Assembly (NCBI RefSeq): GCF_000281045.1
Contig: NW_008246069.1
Coordinates: 887,627 to 951,626, forward strand
Length of the DNA stretch: 64,000 bases
Reading direction: 5' to 3'
DNA from: Saprolegnia diclina VS20
Lineage: Eukaryota
The notes below the pieces were generated by a model, which saw only the letters and a list, made by a program, of their open reading frames with translations, made no database searches and was not told where the DNA came from. Shown one piece after another: positions 59,736 through 64,000 of the stretch; positions within the stretch are counted from its first letter, which is position 1; every line of letters begins with the position of its first letter. The translations under genes were made by a program, and so were the position numbers.

Positions 59736-61129
59736 CCGAGCCGCCTCGACGCGTAAAAGGGACTGCGTATGTGGTCCTGTTGATAGGAAGTTCTTTACGC
59801 TGACGTGGTTCGCCGATGGGGCTTCTCGGGCAGACGCAAGACGTGGCACACCTTGTGCCATAGCGCCGGCCACGCGCCGCTGGGTACGACCTTGGATCGC
59901 GTTGGTCGCTCGAGGCTCAGCGTCGCGTCGTGGCTGCGCGACGCGGTGACATCGGTCAGCGAGAGCGACGAAACCTAGCATGCGACAATCATGTGGCTGG
60001 AGGCGCATGCGAGGGGCGTACGGAGGCGCGGAGGTAGTCGCGCGAGGGTTGGTAGCGCGTCTGGAAGCCGCCGGGGACCTCGTGGAAGCGGCCTGGCCGG
60101 GCGGTCCCGAGGCTGCTGCGGCGGTCCAGCATCGACGTCGTCCTGTGTGCGAGATCTTGTGTGAAATTGCGACAGCAGCAAACCAAGCTGCGCTGTAACA
60201 TCCGGATAAATAGCATTCGGCAAATGCCGCCAAAAAAGCACAAGGAAGGGGCACGGGTGATATCTCTGCGTGCGTCGCGCCAACGACACGAGCCATCGAT
60301 AAGGACTTCGCAGCTAGCCCGAGCTGCTGCTGCTGTGCTTAAGTAGGGCGCCGCGTTGCTCCTTGTCCTTGTCTCTCGAGCTGGCATTTTACGTCAGGAC
60401 GATACTTGGAGCCGCCGGCCTTTCCTGTTCCATCTCTGACTCTGACTCAAGGCGGCCCTATCACGTTGAACGACCGAGGCTCTCGTGCGGAAGGAATCGA
60501 AGCTGAGACCCTTGCTGCTATCCGGACTCGCAAAGACAAGCCGCGAAACGAGTTGACTGCTTGGCCTTTCCCCGTAGAAGCGACGCGCGTCCAGAGCATG
60601 GGAGCACCATCGTTAGCTGCAATCGTTGGGGTTGCGCCGATCATTAGGATCATTCCCACAGTGAAATGTGACTTACACTATCGTACGAAATCAACGAAAT
60701 TGGGTTTTCGCCGAGGTTGCCCACAACGTAGAACGCCGTAGTCGCTCTATTTCAATATAATCTTGACGGAAGACGATGCTAAAGCGATATTAGGACTGCT
60801 GAGCTACCGGTAACCGTTTGGCTTGTGCAAGTGAGCCCACCACGGTCTCTCTCTGTCAGATCTGAGATTCGTTCGTGGCGCCTACAGTACTCGTGTCGCA
60901 CGGGTACGCACGTCGGATCCACTGCGACGCGGGCAACGCACGTCCATACGACAGCCTCCATGCGGGCGAGGTGGTGCTGCTGCGTCTGCGCTGTGGCGCT
61001 CCTGCTTGACAAGCATCATCCAGTTGAAGTAAATATTGCGTGCTTTTAGATTGTCGGGACGTATTTGGCTAATTGCACGTAGCTTTCAATGGCTTATTTT
61101 CGGCATTGCTCGAAAATTGGCGTGGGCGA

Positions 61130-63668
61130 ATGGACTTGGTCGAGGTCGAGTACACGGTCGAGTTCCGCAGCAAGAGCTTTGGGCTGCGGCTCATGGCCGC
61201 GACCGAGAACGGGTCTGGCGCCGTCCTTGTGGGCTTCACGACGGAGCCCCGCCCGAGCATGCGCGACCTCCCGCCGTTCCGCTACCAGTTGCACTCGCTC
61301 GGCGCCATTGCGCTCACGGCGATGCCCTTCAGGACGATTGTGACCACGCTCGCCAAGCATGACACGTACCCCGTCGTACGCATCGCTGCCACCTCGTTGA
61401 TGCGGCCGCTCACGTCGCGCTAGATGATCCGGTTCATCTCGTGCCCCATGGCGTGCGAGCTCGCGTTCCCGACCAAGCACAAGAAACTCAACCTGATCGT
61501 CGAGGAATCGGGTAGGTGCATATCCTCTCTCTTCATGAACCGAAAGAGCATGCAGTCATCTAGGTGATCGGCTGCGTATCACCGAGTACTCGAGGCCGTT
61601 CCGGACACAGAGCCCGATCCCAAGCATCGCCCTCGGAAGCCACTACATTGCAGCCATCAATGGCACCGCCGCTTCGACGTCACAGGAGGTACGACCTCTC
61701 CAGCATGCTTGCGATGCTGTACAGAGGATGTACATGCAGGCCACTGCGCTCCTACGCACCAAGACGTCGTTTCCAGCCGTACTACGATGCATGCCATTGC
61801 AAATGTCCAAGATGCCATCCTCTTGCCCATAGATTGTGCACGTGTCGATCGAGCAAGACGAAGAAAGCGCTGCGATCCAAGCCAGGCTCTTGAGCGGCCG
61901 CGCCACGCGGCAGTCCTCGAGCAGCCCGCCACCAGCCAAGCGGTTGCGGCCCTCGGTGGCAGCACCACCGACGCTGCCATCGACGTCGATCGACAACCCA
62001 ATTGTGCTTTCCGACTCGTCAGACGCCGCAGAGGCCACGCCCTCGGCCCCGGTCTCGAGCCTCTTGACGCGCGGCCAGGCCGTGCGCTCGCTCTTTGGCG
62101 TCGGGATCATTCACCATGTTGCCTACAACGCGGCAGCACCGAGCGCGAGCATCGTTACGGTGCACTTGCCCCATGGCGGCCTCGGCTATTTCAACCGGGA
62201 AAGCTTGCACTGCGTCGACGAGGTGCCGTGTGCGACGTACATCAAGCGGCGCGCCAAGGTACGCCGCCCAAACGATGCAAGAGACGAGTCGCTACAACGT
62301 AGTGGGTCTAGGGCCAAGTCGTCTTGACGTACGGCGACGTGGGGCGGCTCGCTGACGGGCGGCTCTTCAACGACTCGATCTTGGACTTTTACCTAAGGTA
62401 CACACACTCCATGTAAGCACTCGATACGACAAATGACTGTAGCTATCTGTACGATGCGCTGCCGCTGACGCACGCCACGTACATCTGCAGCTCGTTCCTC
62501 TTTGGCACGTTCCAGCAAGCGCGCAAGACCGGGCTCGACGCCGCGCACGCGGCCGTGACGCGCTGGACCAAGGCCGTCGACCTCTTCCAGACCAAGTACC
62601 TGGTCGTGCCCATCAACGAGACGTACGTACGTCCATGGCGTAGTACGCCTGATGCGAGTGGGATGTAGCGGTCACTGGAGCGTCGCCATTGTGTGCAATT
62701 TGAGCCGGTTTGTCCAAGCTACTGTGTGCAACTGCAGTCTCTTTCGCCCCGAAGTGGTGTGTTCGCCGACGATCTGCACCATGTGCCACCGTCCGCGCGA
62801 CATGCAGCAAGAGCGGAACGACAATGTGTGCATCGTCATGCTGGACTCGCTCAAGTGCCATCGGACAGCGCGCATCACAAAGTTTCTTCGCGAGTAGGCG
62901 TCTCGTACTTACATGTCGCATCGTATGTATGACGAGTAGGTATCTGCAGCTCGAGTGGGACACGACCCATCGCGATGTGCATGGACCGCTGACCTTCAAC
63001 CAGAAAGTGCTGCCGGCCGTCGTTCCGCCCTGGGTATATCCCGTAACTCCAATGGCATGATGTAGAAGAAATGGTAGATTCCGCGCCAGACCAACAACTG
63101 CGACTGCGGCGTGTTTGTGCTGCAGTACGTGGAGCTTTTCTTACGGCGCCCGCCGCGCCTCAATGCCGAGTTTCTTTTGGCCAAGCGCACGAAAGCCGCG
63201 GCCGCCAGCCTTTCGCTCGTCAGCAACGAGACGGTGCTCGACGCCACTTGGTTTGACGACGCCGCGATCCCCGCCAAGCGACGGCAACTCGAACGCCTCG
63301 TGCACGATCCACGCGTCGTGCAGCTGCATGCGACTCCGTTAGTGGTCGACAGGCGCTCGGCGTTTCCTGTGCCACCAACGACATTGGCTCATGACTCGGC
63401 CGATGGTGTCGCAACCGCTTCCTCGATCGTGGAGGAAGAGAAGTCGATGACGCTGCGTGGCGCGTCCTCGAAGGATAACGACGCGATGCTGGACGTACCT
63501 GAAACCCACGGGCTCCAGGACGACACGCTCCAGGACGTCGTGAACGGCGCGCGTCTTCTCGTTGTCCACGAAAAGCCGGTCGAGATGAGCCTCGAACCCA
63601 GTACCGTACCAGCAGCAGCCACCGCCAATCGAGCAGTATCAAGTGTTGGGGCGCTTGGTGCATCGTAA
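61130..63668 (+). CDS. Ulp1/SENP (C48) SUMO protease with a PDZ-like N-terminus
   Basis: LFNDSILDFYL, RWTKAVDLFQTKYLVVPINE, HWSVAIVCN, MLDSL and PRQTNNCDCGVFVLQYVE, with the His-Asp-Cys triad and oxyanion Gln intact. Multi-exon. Confidence 0.88.
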
Positions 63669-63704
63669 GCAAATACAAAGCGTCATGTTGCGTAAGGGAT
63701 GTAG

Positions 63705-64000
63705 CTACTTGCGGCCCGCGCCATGGTCCTTGACGACGTCGAGAAGCGGGCGCAGGCGCTTGCGAATGTCGAGGTCGGTCACCAAGTCGTCGAGCACCTC
63801 TTCTACTTCATGCTTAGCGAGAAGCATCCAAATCGTATGGCAGTAGAGGACCTTGGATGACACGCAGGTCCTGCCGAGCCTCGGCGGTCGCCACATACGC
63901 CGTCTACTCGCATACGAGCGTCAGCCCACGCGACAAGCGACGTCACATAACGTACGGGGTGCGTCTGGAAGTCTTCCGAGTCGCAGATTTGCGCCAGCAC
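63705..64000 (-). CDS. 3' end (partial) of a hypothetical protein
   Basis: Two coding-like segments (VLAQICDSEDFQTHPVRYV... and LLAKHEVEEVLDDLVTDLDIRKRLRPLL...) separated by a likely short intron near 63853-63899. Confidence 0.55.

Noticed and set aside
59800..61050. ORFs of 70-190 aa between the PPR-like gene and SENP
   Set aside because: No motifs or consistent exon structure were found.

Overview
Eukaryotic, gene-dense, GC-rich DNA with many short (about 40-55 nt) GT-AG introns and five assembly gaps. Gene content and intron style suggest an oomycete, probably Saprolegniales (inference). About 30 protein-coding loci are recognisable. Housekeeping genes: TMEM184/OST-alpha, HIT, BBOF1, Nup85, NT-C2, RABL2, sideroflexin, THH1/TOM1-like, two MATE transporters, two SAM methyltransferases, a ~4,000-aa SPRY/UBA/MIB-HERC2/HECT E3 ligase, an ADA1-like protein and a Ulp1/SENP protease. 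Two accessory systems stand out. (1) At 1-14.5 kb, four paralogs encode a signal peptide, an IPNS-like 2OG-Fe(II) oxygenase fold and a Cys-rich domain, each with a different tail: none, PT-mucin, PT-mucin plus ricin-like lectin, or PQPN stalk plus GPI-like signal. (2) At 40.8-42.9 kb, a 59-aa secreted prepropeptide with a C-x2-C-x7-CC core lies in both arms of a 307-bp inverted repeat that brackets a YkgJ/CxxCxxCC gene. An older duplicate of this unit at 28.4-29.4 kb holds a third peptide copy and a YkgJ pseudogene, and all three peptide copies keep a 3' hairpin. A USP pseudogene with a catalytic Cys-to-Tyr change, a 2OG-dioxygenase pseudogene and a probable assembly chimera are also present. 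No rRNA, tRNA, CRISPR array or intact transposon was seen. All product calls come from motif recognition by eye, and exon boundaries of multi-exon genes are approximate unless stated.
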